Positions 1 to 8,920 of a stretch of DNA of 64,000 nucleotides are shown here, piece by piece. The stretch comes from Streptosporangiaceae bacterium (GTDB lineage: Bacteria; Actinomycetota; Actinomycetes; Streptosporangiales; Streptosporangiaceae). Position 1 is the stretch's first letter; each line of letters opens with the position of its first letter. The notes below the pieces were generated by a model. That model worked only from the letters and a program-made list of their open reading frames with translations. It was not told where the DNA came from and ran no database searches. The DNA lies in NCBI GenBank assembly GCA_035642895.1, contig DASQRM010000190.1, positions 9,398 to 73,397 of the forward strand. The letters are read 5' to 3'. The position numbers and the translations under genes were made by a program.

Positions 1-422
1 GGGGTCCCGTCTGGCAGCGGGGCGAGCTCGTGGTCGTGGTTGTGGTAGCCGAGGCGCAGGCCCTCGCCGGCCAGCCGGGCCGCGATGCCGTTCAGCTCCG
101 CGGCCACCGCCCGCACGCCGTCAGCATCGGCGAACCGGGCCGGCGGCAGGTACGGGACGATGACGGTGTCCGCGCCGAGCATGCGGGCCGCGGCCGCGAC
201 CGGGCCGGCCTGCTCGCCCGCCGGGTTGGCGTGCACGCTGCAGACCGCCAGGCCGGCCGCGGCCAGGTCGGCGGCCAGCCGGGCCGGATCGTTGAGGATG
301 TCGAACGGTTCCGCCGCTCCGTAACCGAACGCGGCGATCTGGTCCAGGACGCCTTTCCGGTCTACCGCCAGCTGCTCGCGCACGGTGTAGAGCTGCAGCG
401 CCGGGGGGTTGCTGGTCGTCAC
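1..422 (-). CDS. sugar phosphate isomerase/epimerase (xylose-isomerase-like TIM barrel); 3-prime part lies outside the window
   Basis: Not in the ORF track because it runs off the edge. My translation of the minus strand from GTG(422) gives VTTSNPPALQLYTVREQLAVDRKGVLDQIAAFGYGAAEPF...EGLRLGYHNHDHEL, which reads like the N-terminal half of this family. GGGAG lies about 12 nt upstream. Divergent from a LacI gene. Confidence 0.7.
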   Translation of the reverse strand, partial: MTTSNPPALQLYTVREQLAVDRKGVLDQIAAFGYGAAEPFDILNDPARLAADLAAAGLAVCSVHANPAGEQAGPVAAAARMLGADTVIVPYLPPARFADADGVRAVAAELNGIAARLAGEGLRLGYHNHDHELAPLPDGT

Positions 423-481
423 GTGCCTCAGGCTCCCGTAGTTCTGGGACGGTGATTCGGGACGGTGATGGGGGACAGTAA

Positions 482-491
482 TTTTCGAAAC
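482..491. promoter_or_regulatory. candidate LacI-type operator core TTTTCGAAAC
   Basis: Near-palindrome centred on TTCGAA, in the 240-bp divergent region between the isomerase and LacI genes. A second copy lies at 635-644. Confidence 0.25.
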
Positions 492-634
492 TTATTCGCT
501 CTGTGGTTCAGGCTAGATTCGGCGGGACGGACGGTCAATAGCCTGGTTGGGCCAGGCCCTGCTGCCGACCCGGCCGCCGACCCAGCCGTAAGGTAACGAG
601 GTAGCCTGGGACAGGGCCGACTGGGCTAGTCGGA

Positions 635-644
635 GTTTCGAAAC
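635..644. promoter_or_regulatory. candidate LacI-type operator core GTTTCGAAAC
   Basis: Perfect 10-bp palindrome about 20 nt upstream of the LacI GTG at 663. Confidence 0.3.
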
Positions 645-662
645 CCCGGACGAGGAGCTGCC

Positions 663-1667
663 GTGGCCCGCGAGACCGGGCGCAGCACGCTGGCGGGCAT
701 CGCCGCGGAGGCGGGCGTGTCGGTGTCCGCCGTGTCCAAGGTGCTCAACGGCCGGACCGACGTCGCCGCCGGGACCCGGTCCCGCATCGCCGCACTGCTC
801 CGGCGGGATGGGTACCAGGTCGCGTCCCGGCTCGGCTTCGGCGTCGTGGACCTGCTGATCGCCACCTTGCACACCCCGTGGGCCGAGGAACTGCTGCGCG
901 GCACCGTCCAGGCCGCGGACGAGGCCGGGACCAGCGTCGTGGTCAGCACCGTGGACTCACCTGGCGGCTTCACGGCCTGGCTGGACCGGGCCACGGCCCG
1001 CGGTACCGACGGCGCACTCCTGGTCCTGCACCTGCCGGACAGCAGCGAGCTGCAGGGGCTGGCCGCCGCGCGCATCCCGCTGGTGGTGATCGACCCTCCG
1101 GAGGAACCCGGCCCGGGCATCCGGTCGGTAGGCACGACGAACTGGCAGGGCTGCCTCACCGCGACCCGGCACCTGATCGAGCTGGGGCACCGCCGCATCG
1201 CCATCATCGGCGGCCCGGAGCACCTGTGGTCCAGCCGGGCCCGGCTGGCCGGCTACCGCGCCGCCCTGGAGGCGGCCGGTCTCCCCACGGCCGGGGAGCT
1301 CATCCGCCGGGACGACTTCTGCACGGAGGGTGGCCGGCGGCAGGCCCGCGAGCTGCTCGCCATGGCCCAGCCGCCCACCGCGATCGTGGCCGGCAACGAC
1401 CCGCAGGCGTTCGGCGTGCTCCAGGCCCTCGGCGAGCGGGGGTTGCGGGCCCCCGGCGATCTCAGCGTGGTCGGCTTTGACGACGTCCCCGTCGCCTCGT
1501 GGGCCACTCCCGCGCTCACTACTGTCCGCCAGCCCCTCGCGGCCATGGCCGCGACCGCGTTCCGGATGCTGCACGGCCGGCCCGGTGCAGGCGAGCCGCA
1601 CCACATCGAGCTGGCCACCACCCTGGTCATCAGGGAAAGCACCGGCCCGCCGCCTAGAGTTATATAA
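663..1667 (+). CDS. LacI family transcriptional regulator
   Basis: ORF 663-1667. N-terminal HTH TLAGIAAEAGVSVSAVSKVLNG, followed by a periplasmic-binding-protein-like core (IAIIGGP..., VVGFDD). Confidence 0.92.
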   Translation: MARETGRSTLAGIAAEAGVSVSAVSKVLNGRTDVAAGTRSRIAALLRRDGYQVASRLGFGVVDLLIATLHTPWAEELLRGTVQAADEAGTSVVVSTVDSPGGFTAWLDRATARGTDGALLVLHLPDSSELQGLAAARIPLVVIDPPEEPGPGIRSVGTTNWQGCLTATRHLIELGHRRIAIIGGPEHLWSSRARLAGYRAALEAAGLPTAGELIRRDDFCTEGGRRQARELLAMAQPPTAIVAGNDPQAFGVLQALGERGLRAPGDLSVVGFDDVPVASWATPALTTVRQPLAAMAATAFRMLHGRPGAGEPHHIELATTLVIRESTGPPPRVI

Positions 1668-1744
1668 ACGTCATCTCGGCTAATTGACCCGGTTTGGTGC
1701 GCTAGTCTGCCCCTGATTCAGCCGTGGAATCCAGGGAGTTCCCT

Positions 1745-2743
1745 ATGCGTCGTCGTTTCCGGCTCCGGCCCCTCACCGGGCTGGCCGCGCTCGTCGGACT
1801 GGGCGGTCTGCTCGCCGCCGGCTGCAGCGGCGGCGGCAGCTCCGCTGCCCCAGGTGGGCTGGAGAAGACCAACCTGAGAGTGGCGGCGGTCCCGGCCGTC
1901 GACTCCGCCGGGCTGTACATCGCGCAGCAGCGCGGGCTGTTCGCCGCCCAGGGCCTGCATGTCTCGATCGTGCCGGCGATCAGCGGGAAGACGGCCATCA
2001 GCAAGCAGCTGGCCGGCGTGTTCGACGTGACGAGCGGGAACTACGTCTCCTACATCCTGGCCAACGCCGACCCCCAGGCGGCCGGGCTGAAGAAGGCCGC
2101 CGACTTCCGGGTCCTCTCGCCGGGCTCGATCATGGAGTCGAACAACCAGGACATCATGGTCCCGGCCCATTCGGGCATCAAGACGGTCAGTGACCTGAAG
2201 GGCAAGACGATCGCGGTCAACGTGACCCACAACATCGGCCAGCTGCTGGTCAGCTCGATTCTCAGCGACAACGCGGTGCCGGCGAGCAGCGTAAGATTCG
2301 TCCCCATTGAATTCCCGAAGATGGCACAGGCCCTCCAGGCGGGCACGGTGGCGGCCGCGTGGCAGCCCGACCCGTTCATCAGTGAGTCCGAGGAGACTGT
2401 CGGCGCGGTTCCGCTGGCGGACAGCAACCAGGGCACGACGGAGAACCTGCCGATCGCCGGGTACATGGTGACCGCGAGCTGGCTGAAGAAGTACCCGAAC
2501 ACCGCGGCGGCCTTCCGCCGGGCCCTGGTCCAGGCTCAGACGATCGCGACTAACGACCCGGCTGCCGTCCAGCAGGGCATGGAGGCCTTTGCGAAGGTGC
2601 CCGCGATTTCCGCGGCCGTCGAGGCCAACCCGCAGTTCCCGATCAAGATGAACGCGACCCTGCTGGGGCGGCTGGCCAGCCTGATGCTGCACTTCAACAT
2701 GATCGGCCAGGCATACAACGTAGACCAGATGATCAGCAAGTAA
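1745..2743 (+). CDS. ABC transporter substrate-binding lipoprotein, NMT1/SsuA-like (sulfonate/nitrate/taurine type)
   Basis: ORF 1724-2743. I prefer ATG 1745, which has GGGAG 7 nt upstream. Lipoprotein signal LAALVGLGGLLAAGCSGG. Body resembles SsuA/NMT1 binding proteins. No permease or ATPase gene is adjacent. Confidence 0.8.
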   Translation: MRRRFRLRPLTGLAALVGLGGLLAAGCSGGGSSAAPGGLEKTNLRVAAVPAVDSAGLYIAQQRGLFAAQGLHVSIVPAISGKTAISKQLAGVFDVTSGNYVSYILANADPQAAGLKKAADFRVLSPGSIMESNNQDIMVPAHSGIKTVSDLKGKTIAVNVTHNIGQLLVSSILSDNAVPASSVRFVPIEFPKMAQALQAGTVAAAWQPDPFISESEETVGAVPLADSNQGTTENLPIAGYMVTASWLKKYPNTAAAFRRALVQAQTIATNDPAAVQQGMEAFAKVPAISAAVEANPQFPIKMNATLLGRLASLMLHFNMIGQAYNVDQMISK

Positions 2744-2785
2744 TGCTGCTCAGGCCCGGCTGCTCAGGTCCTGCTGCTCAGCCAG
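2744..2785. repeat. 14-bp tandem repeat x3 (minus-strand CTGAGCAGC core) spanning the stop codon of the SDR gene
   Basis: GCTCAG recurs at 2748, 2762 and 2776. The third copy contains the TGA (tca 2778-2780) of the minus-strand CDS. Confidence 0.8.
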
Positions 2786-3722
2786 CCAGTGTGTCTACCG
2801 AGACCTCCCAGAGCAGCGCGGCGCTGCCGGGGTCCAGGGCGTAGGCCGCGACCCCGCGGCGCGAGCCCGGCTGGTTCAGGCCGGCCTCGTTGCAGTCCTC
2901 GAAGTAGCGGCCGCCAACGCCGTCCAGCAGCGGCGAGGTGGCCACGAGCACGGACGTCGCGGCGCCCTGCTCCGGGGTCTTCCAGCTGGCGCCGCCCCCG
3001 CCCGTCTGGCGGCGCAGCCGTTCCAGCTCCTCGTCGGTGACGTAGCGCTGCAGGCCGGTCCGGATCCCGCCCGGCATCAGCGCGTTGACGGTGATGCCGT
3101 CCCCGGCCCAGCGCCTGGTCGCCTCGACGGCGAACAGCACGTTAGCGGTCTTCGACTGCCCGTACGCGGCCCACGGCTCGTAGGACCGCTCCAGGAAGTG
3201 GATGTCCTCGAAGACCACCGGAGACCGCAGGTGCGCGGAGGAACTGACCGACACCACCCGGGCGCGGCCCGCGGCGGCCAGGGCCCCGTGCAGCCGGGTA
3301 GCCAGGGCGAAGTGGCCCAGGTGGTTGGTGGCGAACTGCATCTCCCAGCCTTCGGGAGTGCGCATCAGTGGGGCGGCCATGATGCCCGCGTTGTTGATGA
3401 GGATGTCCAGCGGGCCGTCCCAGGCGGCCGCGAACGCGGCCACGGAGGCCTGGTCGGCCAGGTCCAGCCGGGCCGCGAGCACCTGCTTGTTACCGGTGGT
3501 CTCGATGATGTCGGCGGCAGTGCGCTCGCCCGCTTCGACGCTACGGACCGCCAGCGTCACTTCGGCGCCCGCCCCGGCCAGCGCCCGGGCGGTCTCGATG
3601 CCGATCCCAGAGGCGCCGCCAGTCACGATGGCCCGGCGGCCGGTCAGATCGATGCCGTCCACGACCTCGGCGGCCGTCGATTCGGCCCCGAACGGCGTGG
3701 TGATGGGCGCGTTTACAGTCAT
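2778..3722 (-). CDS. SDR family oxidoreductase
   Basis: ORF 2778-3722. Rossmann motif TGGASGIG, catalytic YGQSK, NNAG. Confidence 0.9.
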   Translation of the reverse strand: MTVNAPITTPFGAESTAAEVVDGIDLTGRRAIVTGGASGIGIETARALAGAGAEVTLAVRSVEAGERTAADIIETTGNKQVLAARLDLADQASVAAFAAAWDGPLDILINNAGIMAAPLMRTPEGWEMQFATNHLGHFALATRLHGALAAAGRARVVSVSSSAHLRSPVVFEDIHFLERSYEPWAAYGQSKTANVLFAVEATRRWAGDGITVNALMPGGIRTGLQRYVTDEELERLRRQTGGGGASWKTPEQGAATSVLVATSPLLDGVGGRYFEDCNEAGLNQPGSRRGVAAYALDPGSAALLWEVSVDTLAG

Positions 3723-3777
3723 GATGTCCCCAGAGTCAAAGGCCAGGCTGCCTTCATGGCCCTGGCCGGTATGATGG

Positions 3778-3832
3778 AAAACGGAGGAGCCTCCACTACT
3801 CGGCTTAAGAATAAGCGGAGCTTCCTCCGTTT
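3778..3832. promoter_or_regulatory. inverted repeat AAACGGAGGA-N35-TCCTCCGTTT in the SDR/TetR divergent region
   Basis: 10-bp perfect arms flank an AT-rich core (CTTAAGAATAAG), between the SDR start (3722) and the TetR start (3870). Candidate TetR operator. Confidence 0.25.
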
Positions 3833-3869
3833 AGCAAATCGCATCGGGCTGGGCAGCAGAAGGAGTGCC

Positions 3870-4472
3870 GTGGCGCAGATCGTCGACCGGCCGATGCGCG
3901 CCGACGCCCAGCGCAACCGGGCCCGGCTGCTGGAGGCCGCCGTCCGCGCCTTCTCCCAGGAGGGACCGGAGGTGACGCTCGATGCGATCGCCAAAGACGC
4001 CGGGGTCGGCATCGGCACGCTGTACCGCCACTTCCCCACCCGCGAGGCCCTGGTGGAAGCCGCCTACCGCAACGAGCTCGCCCGGCTCTGCGACGCGGTC
4101 CCGGAGTTGCTCCGGGATCTGACACCGGCCGAGGCCACCCGCCGCTGGATGGACCGGTTCGTGGACTACATGACGACCAAGCGGGGCATGGCCGGCGCGC
4201 TGCGCGCGGTCATAGCCTCGGGCCGGAACCCCTACGAGCAGAGCCGCGGCCAGCTGATCGCCGCGATCACCACGCTGCTGGAGGCGGCCGGCCAGGCCGG
4301 GACGCTGCGCCGCGACATCGAGCCCGCGGACGTACTGGCCAGTCTCGGCGGCGTGTCCCTGACGGCCGGGGAGCCAGCGCAGCGCGAGCAGGCCGGGCGC
4401 CTGCTTGACCTGCTCATGGACGGCCTGCGGTACCAGGAGCACCCGGCTGGCCCGCCCCACGTCTGCGCATGA
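3870..4472 (+). CDS. TetR/AcrR family transcriptional regulator
   Basis: C-terminal part of ORF 3198-4472. HTH LDAIAKDAGVGIGTLYRHFPTREAL. In-frame GTG 3870, or ATG 3894. The upstream part of the listed ORF is an antisense shadow of the SDR gene. Confidence 0.88.
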   Translation: MAQIVDRPMRADAQRNRARLLEAAVRAFSQEGPEVTLDAIAKDAGVGIGTLYRHFPTREALVEAAYRNELARLCDAVPELLRDLTPAEATRRWMDRFVDYMTTKRGMAGALRAVIASGRNPYEQSRGQLIAAITTLLEAAGQAGTLRRDIEPADVLASLGGVSLTAGEPAQREQAGRLLDLLMDGLRYQEHPAGPPHVCA

Positions 4473-4843
4473 GGCGGGCCCGCGGATCGAGGCGGTGAAT
4501 CCCAGGACGCGGTCCTGCTCTTCGGACCGCTGTACCACCTGACCAGCGCAGACGACCGGTTGCAGGCGCTGGCCGAGGCCCACCGGGTGCTCCGGCCGGA
4601 CGGCCCGAGTTCTTCACGACGGCCTACTTCCACACCGCGGCCGGCCTGGCCGGCGAGATCAGCAGGAGCGGCATCACCGAGGTGGAGGTGTACGGGGTGG
4701 AGGGCCCGGGATGGCCGCTGCAGCAGGAATGGGCCGATTCGCGGCGGCACGAGCAGATCTTGTTCGCCGCCCGGGCGGTCGAGACCGAACCTTCAGTCAT
4801 TGGCTTCAGTCACCATTTCATCGCGACGGCCATGCGACATTAG
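4473..4843 (+). pseudogene. remnant of a class I SAM-dependent methyltransferase (N-terminus missing, internal deletion/frameshift)
   Basis: One frame reads DAVLLFGPLYHLTSADDRLQALAEAHRVLRPDGP. It then breaks, and another frame continues FFTTAYFHTAAGLAGEISRSGITEVEVYGVEGPGWPLQQEW...ILFAARAVETEP to TAG 4841-4843. The SAM-binding motif I region is absent. Confidence 0.6.
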
Positions 4844-5430
4844 CTGCTGAAGCCGGGGATGCCGGTGCCGCCCTTCGTGGTCCCCACGTGCAGGTACACC
4901 GGTCCGCTCTGGCCGCAGGCCTGGAAGGTGAAGGGGACCTCGAGCGACCTGGTGGCTCCCGGCGGGTAAACCCGCAACGCCACGGCGGTGGTCTCGCCGC
5001 AGGACGCCGGCGGGAAGCTGGCCACGTCGGTGATCTGGAGCAGCACGTGGGCGGTAGCGCCCCGGCCCAGCGTCACCAGGCGGTTGGCCGAGGCCGGACC
5101 ACGGCCTGCTGCGCGGCCGAGCTGGTGGCCGCCGGAAGCCAGGGCGGAGACGCCCGGGTAGCCGTACAGCGTGCACGCCCGGCTGGAGGTGTTGGACAGC
5201 TCCAGCTGGTAGGAGACGCCCCCGGCGTAGCCGTCTCCCGGTATGCCGAGCCAGGCGGTGAGCACGCCGGTGCCGCACCTCGGGATCGCCGCCGCGGCCG
5301 ACCGGGCCGCCGCGGCCGGCTTCGCCGGGCTTCCGGATGCGGCCAGAGCGGTAGTCGGGATGACGACCGCGGCGCATGTCAGGGCCACGGCCGCCAGGCC
5401 GCGCCGCGCCGCACGAGTGATTGGCTTCAT
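4840..5430 (-). CDS. secreted DUF4232-like protein
   Basis: ORF 4840-5535. Start placed at ATG 5430 (MKPITRAARRGLAAVALTCAAV signal). Cys-framed pattern RCGTGVLTAW...LELSNTSSRACTLYGYPGV...CGETTA. Confidence 0.8.
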   Translation of the reverse strand: MKPITRAARRGLAAVALTCAAVVIPTTALAASGSPAKPAAAARSAAAAIPRCGTGVLTAWLGIPGDGYAGGVSYQLELSNTSSRACTLYGYPGVSALASGGHQLGRAAGRGPASANRLVTLGRGATAHVLLQITDVASFPPASCGETTAVALRVYPPGATRSLEVPFTFQACGQSGPVYLHVGTTKGGTGIPGFSS

Positions 5431-5549
5431 GTGTGCTCTCCCTCGGTCCGCGTCTTCCCGGGACCAGCCGCGGGAATGACCAATCTCGTCAGCTAAGACG
5501 GCAGCCGGGCAGGAATGGTTGGAATACCGCCGCACCGCGGATGTGATAC

Positions 5550-6707
5550 TTGTCGGCTATGTCCACGTGGATCTTGAGGGATGCTGCGTCCGGGCCCGGC
5601 GTGCGGGTCGCCGTCAAAGACCTGATCGACGTCGCTGGCCTCCCCACCACGGCAGGAAGCCGGGCCATCGCCGAACAGGCCAGGCCCGCTGCTGCCGACG
5701 CTCCCTGCGTGGCCGGGTTGCGGGCCGCGATGGCCCGGGGCGAGGCCTGCCTGGCCGGCAAGACCAACCTGCATGAGCTGGCCTACGGGATCAGCGGCAT
5801 CAACGCGGCCTTCGGCACGCCCGTCAACCCGCTTGATCCGCTGCGGGTTCCCGGTGGGTCATCGAGCGGCTCGGCCGTGGCGGTGGCCAGCGGCGAGGCC
5901 GATGTCTCGTATGGCTCAGACACCGGCGGCTCGATCCGGATCCCCGCCGCGTGCTGCGGGATAGCCGGCCTCAAGACCACCTGGGGGCGGATTCCGCTCA
6001 CCGGGGTCTGGCCGCTCGCGCCGAGCCTGGACACCGTGGGGCCGATGGCGCGGGACGTGGCCGGCCTCATCACCGGGATGCAACTGCTGGAACCGGGGTT
6101 CTCCGTCACGGCCGAGGCGCCCCGGGTCATCGGCCGCGTCGTGATCGGCGCTGACCCCCTCATCGACGCCGCGGTCGACTCCGCCCTGGCCGCGACCGGA
6201 TGGGAGGTAGTCCAGGTCGGCCTGGACGGGCTCGACCGGGCGACCGTCGCCGCGATGACCGTGCTCGATACGGAGGCGTGGGCCTCCGACGGCGCATACG
6301 CCGAGGCGGCTCCGGACAAGATCGGCCGGGACGTGCTCGCCCGGCTGCGCGGAGCGAGCACCATCACCCCGGCGGCACTCGGCGCGGCCCGGGAGGATGC
6401 GGTGCGCTGGCGCGCCACCCTGTCGTCGCTCTGGGAGCGCGTCGACCTGCTCGCCCTCCCGACGTTGCTGGGATTCCCGCCCACCCTGGACAAGTCGCGG
6501 GAGATGGTCCGCATTCGCGGCCTCACCTCCCCGGTGAACCTGGCCGGAGTGCCGGCGCTCGCACTGCCCGTGCCCACGGGAGGCCCGCTCCCGGCCAGCA
6601 TCCAGCTGATCGGTCCCGACGGCGGCGAGGAGAGCCTGCTGGCCGCGGGGGCCATCCTCGAGCAGGCCGTGCTGGGATCGCCGGGGGCACTGGCGTTACC
6701 GGCCTGA
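5550..6707 (+). CDS. amidase (amidase-signature family)
   Basis: ORF 5550-6707. GGSSSGSAVAVA and GSDTGGSIRIPA signature motifs. Confidence 0.92.
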   Translation: MSAMSTWILRDAASGPGVRVAVKDLIDVAGLPTTAGSRAIAEQARPAAADAPCVAGLRAAMARGEACLAGKTNLHELAYGISGINAAFGTPVNPLDPLRVPGGSSSGSAVAVASGEADVSYGSDTGGSIRIPAACCGIAGLKTTWGRIPLTGVWPLAPSLDTVGPMARDVAGLITGMQLLEPGFSVTAEAPRVIGRVVIGADPLIDAAVDSALAATGWEVVQVGLDGLDRATVAAMTVLDTEAWASDGAYAEAAPDKIGRDVLARLRGASTITPAALGAAREDAVRWRATLSSLWERVDLLALPTLLGFPPTLDKSREMVRIRGLTSPVNLAGVPALALPVPTGGPLPASIQLIGPDGGEESLLAAGAILEQAVLGSPGALALPA

Positions 6708-6717
6708 TGACGAGCGA

Positions 6718-7572
6718 TCACCCGGGGCTGATCGCCCAGCGGATTCCGCGGATGACCGCATGGCCGGCCGGGCGGACCACGGCGCGCTCGGTCAGCGGCA
6801 GCTGAGGCAGGTAGAGCGGGCGGCGGGCCCAGCCGGGGAGCAGCGAGGTGGCCGCCGCGGCCAGGACCCCGTACGGCGCCCGGGCGACCAGCGGCAGTGG
6901 CGGGGTCAGCAGCAGGAACCGGGCCGCCGCGCGCGCCTCGGCGGTGCCGCGCAGTTCCGCCCGGTACTGGCTGATCCGGTCCGCGAGCTCGGCCTCGGTG
7001 CGGGGCGGGTCAGGCACCCCGAGTTCGGCGGCGATCCGGGCCACGTCGGCGACATACCCGTCGCGTCCGGCCTGGTCCAGGGGCTCGGCCCCGAACCGGG
7101 TGTGCGCGCGCAGGAAGCTGTCCGCCTCGGCGATGTGCACCCAGGTCAGCAGGTGCGGATCCGAGGCCGCGTAGGGCCGGCCGTCCGGCGCCGTCCCGGC
7201 GACCCGGCGATGGATCGCCCTGACCCGCTCGGTCGCCGCCTTCGCGTCGCTGGCCCGGCCGAACGTGGTGACGGCGAGGAAGTAGCTGGTCCGCTGCAAC
7301 CGTCCCCACGGGTCGCCGCGGTAGCCGGAATGCGCGTCCACACCCGCCATGGCCAGCGGGTGCAGCGACTGCAGCAGCAGGGCGCGGATGCCACCCACGA
7401 ACATCGAGGAGTCGCCGTGCACCCGCCGGATGGGGCGGTCCTCGGCGAACCAGCGGTCACCCTCGGCCTGGTGGATGACCCGGCGATGGTTCGGCCCCTC
7501 GGGCCCCGCGACCCGCTCGAAGATGGACGCGCCGATACGGCGCCGGACAGAATCCGCAGCCTGCACTCTCAC
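6718..7572 (-). CDS. MpaB-like oxygenase (DUF2236 family)
   Basis: ORF 6718-7572. FVGGIRALLLQSLHPLAMAGV and HLLTWVHIAEADSFL read like DUF2236/MpaB proteins. Confidence 0.8.
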   Translation of the reverse strand: MRVQAADSVRRRIGASIFERVAGPEGPNHRRVIHQAEGDRWFAEDRPIRRVHGDSSMFVGGIRALLLQSLHPLAMAGVDAHSGYRGDPWGRLQRTSYFLAVTTFGRASDAKAATERVRAIHRRVAGTAPDGRPYAASDPHLLTWVHIAEADSFLRAHTRFGAEPLDQAGRDGYVADVARIAAELGVPDPPRTEAELADRISQYRAELRGTAEARAAARFLLLTPPLPLVARAPYGVLAAAATSLLPGWARRPLYLPQLPLTERAVVRPAGHAVIRGIRWAISPG

Positions 7573-7663
7573 CGGTTCAGTATCACCGCGGGCGCCGGTT
7601 CAGTAGCACCGCGGGCACCGGTTCAGTAGCACCGCGGGCACCGGTTCAGCATCGCCACGGGCA
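7572..7663. repeat. 23-bp tandem repeat x4 (CCGGTTCAGTAGCACCGCGGGCA), plus a partial fifth copy to ~7679
   Basis: Copies start at 7572, 7595, 7618 and 7641. Copy 1 abuts the GTG start (7572-7570) of the minus-strand gene. Confidence 0.9.
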
Positions 7664-7847
7664 CGTACCCAGTAGCACTGCCGATAGGTCCCCCCGGCTG
7701 AGACTAGATGTTTCGTTGTGATACGGACTTTGTGATGCATTTTTGCGAACCTCAGGGCAAGCGTGTTGTCATAGTGGGACAGAGCGTAACTGTCCGGCAC
7801 CCGGGGGCCGTCGGGATCGGATAAGCCGCCTGGAAAGGGGATTCGCC

Positions 7848-8126
7848 GTGCCTCGGCTCGCTGCGCGCGAAATCAGCCGGATCGAGACGACCTACAGCAG
7901 CGACCTGGGCACGTTCTCCTGGTCGTGGATCGTGCGGGCCGACGGGGAGGTCCAGTACCGGCTGAGCCACGTCGACGGCCGCCGCGAACGCAACCCGTGG
8001 CAATCGGTCGGCCAGTTAACCGCGGCCGAGCGCCGGGCGATCTCCGCTGACCCGACCCGGGCGACCGATCTGCTGATGCGCCTGGCCCGTACGCGCGGGC
8101 ACTTCCCGGTGGAAAATCGCGGATAA
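7848..8126 (+). CDS. hypothetical protein (92 aa)
   Basis: Part of ORF 7743-8126. GTG 7848 is preceded by GGAAAGGGG. Balanced composition (SDLGTFSWSWIVRADGEVQYRLSHVDG...). No family recognised. Confidence 0.5.
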   Translation: MPRLAAREISRIETTYSSDLGTFSWSWIVRADGEVQYRLSHVDGRRERNPWQSVGQLTAAERRAISADPTRATDLLMRLARTRGHFPVENRG

Positions 8127-8147
8127 CGAACACCATCTGGCGCTAGT

Positions 8148-8203
8148 CCTGTTCTGAACGTTGCTTCATGAACTAGAGTTCATGAAGCAACGTTCAGAAC
8201 AGG
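8148..8203. promoter_or_regulatory. 56-bp perfect palindrome (27-bp arms, 2-nt centre) partly overlapping the SD of the ABC exporter operon
   Basis: CCTGTTCTGAACGTTGCTTCATGAACT-AG-AGTTCATGAAGCAACGTTCAGAACAGG. The right arm ends in the AGG of AGGAG (8201-8205), 11 nt before ATG 8217. Confidence 0.85.
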
Positions 8204-8216
8204 AGACTGATGCCGG

Positions 8217-8912
<696 letters not shown>

Positions 8913-8920
8913 GAGGATCA

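Noticed and set aside
7572-7663. Tandem arrays (also 25021-25094 and 41422-41487) considered as CRISPR arrays
   Set aside because: The units are contiguous with no spacers, the arrays are very short, and there are no cas genes in the window.
8148-8203. The palindrome as a MITE or IS remnant
   Set aside because: It is a single copy in the window. There are no flanking direct repeats, no internal sequence between the arms, and no transposase nearby.
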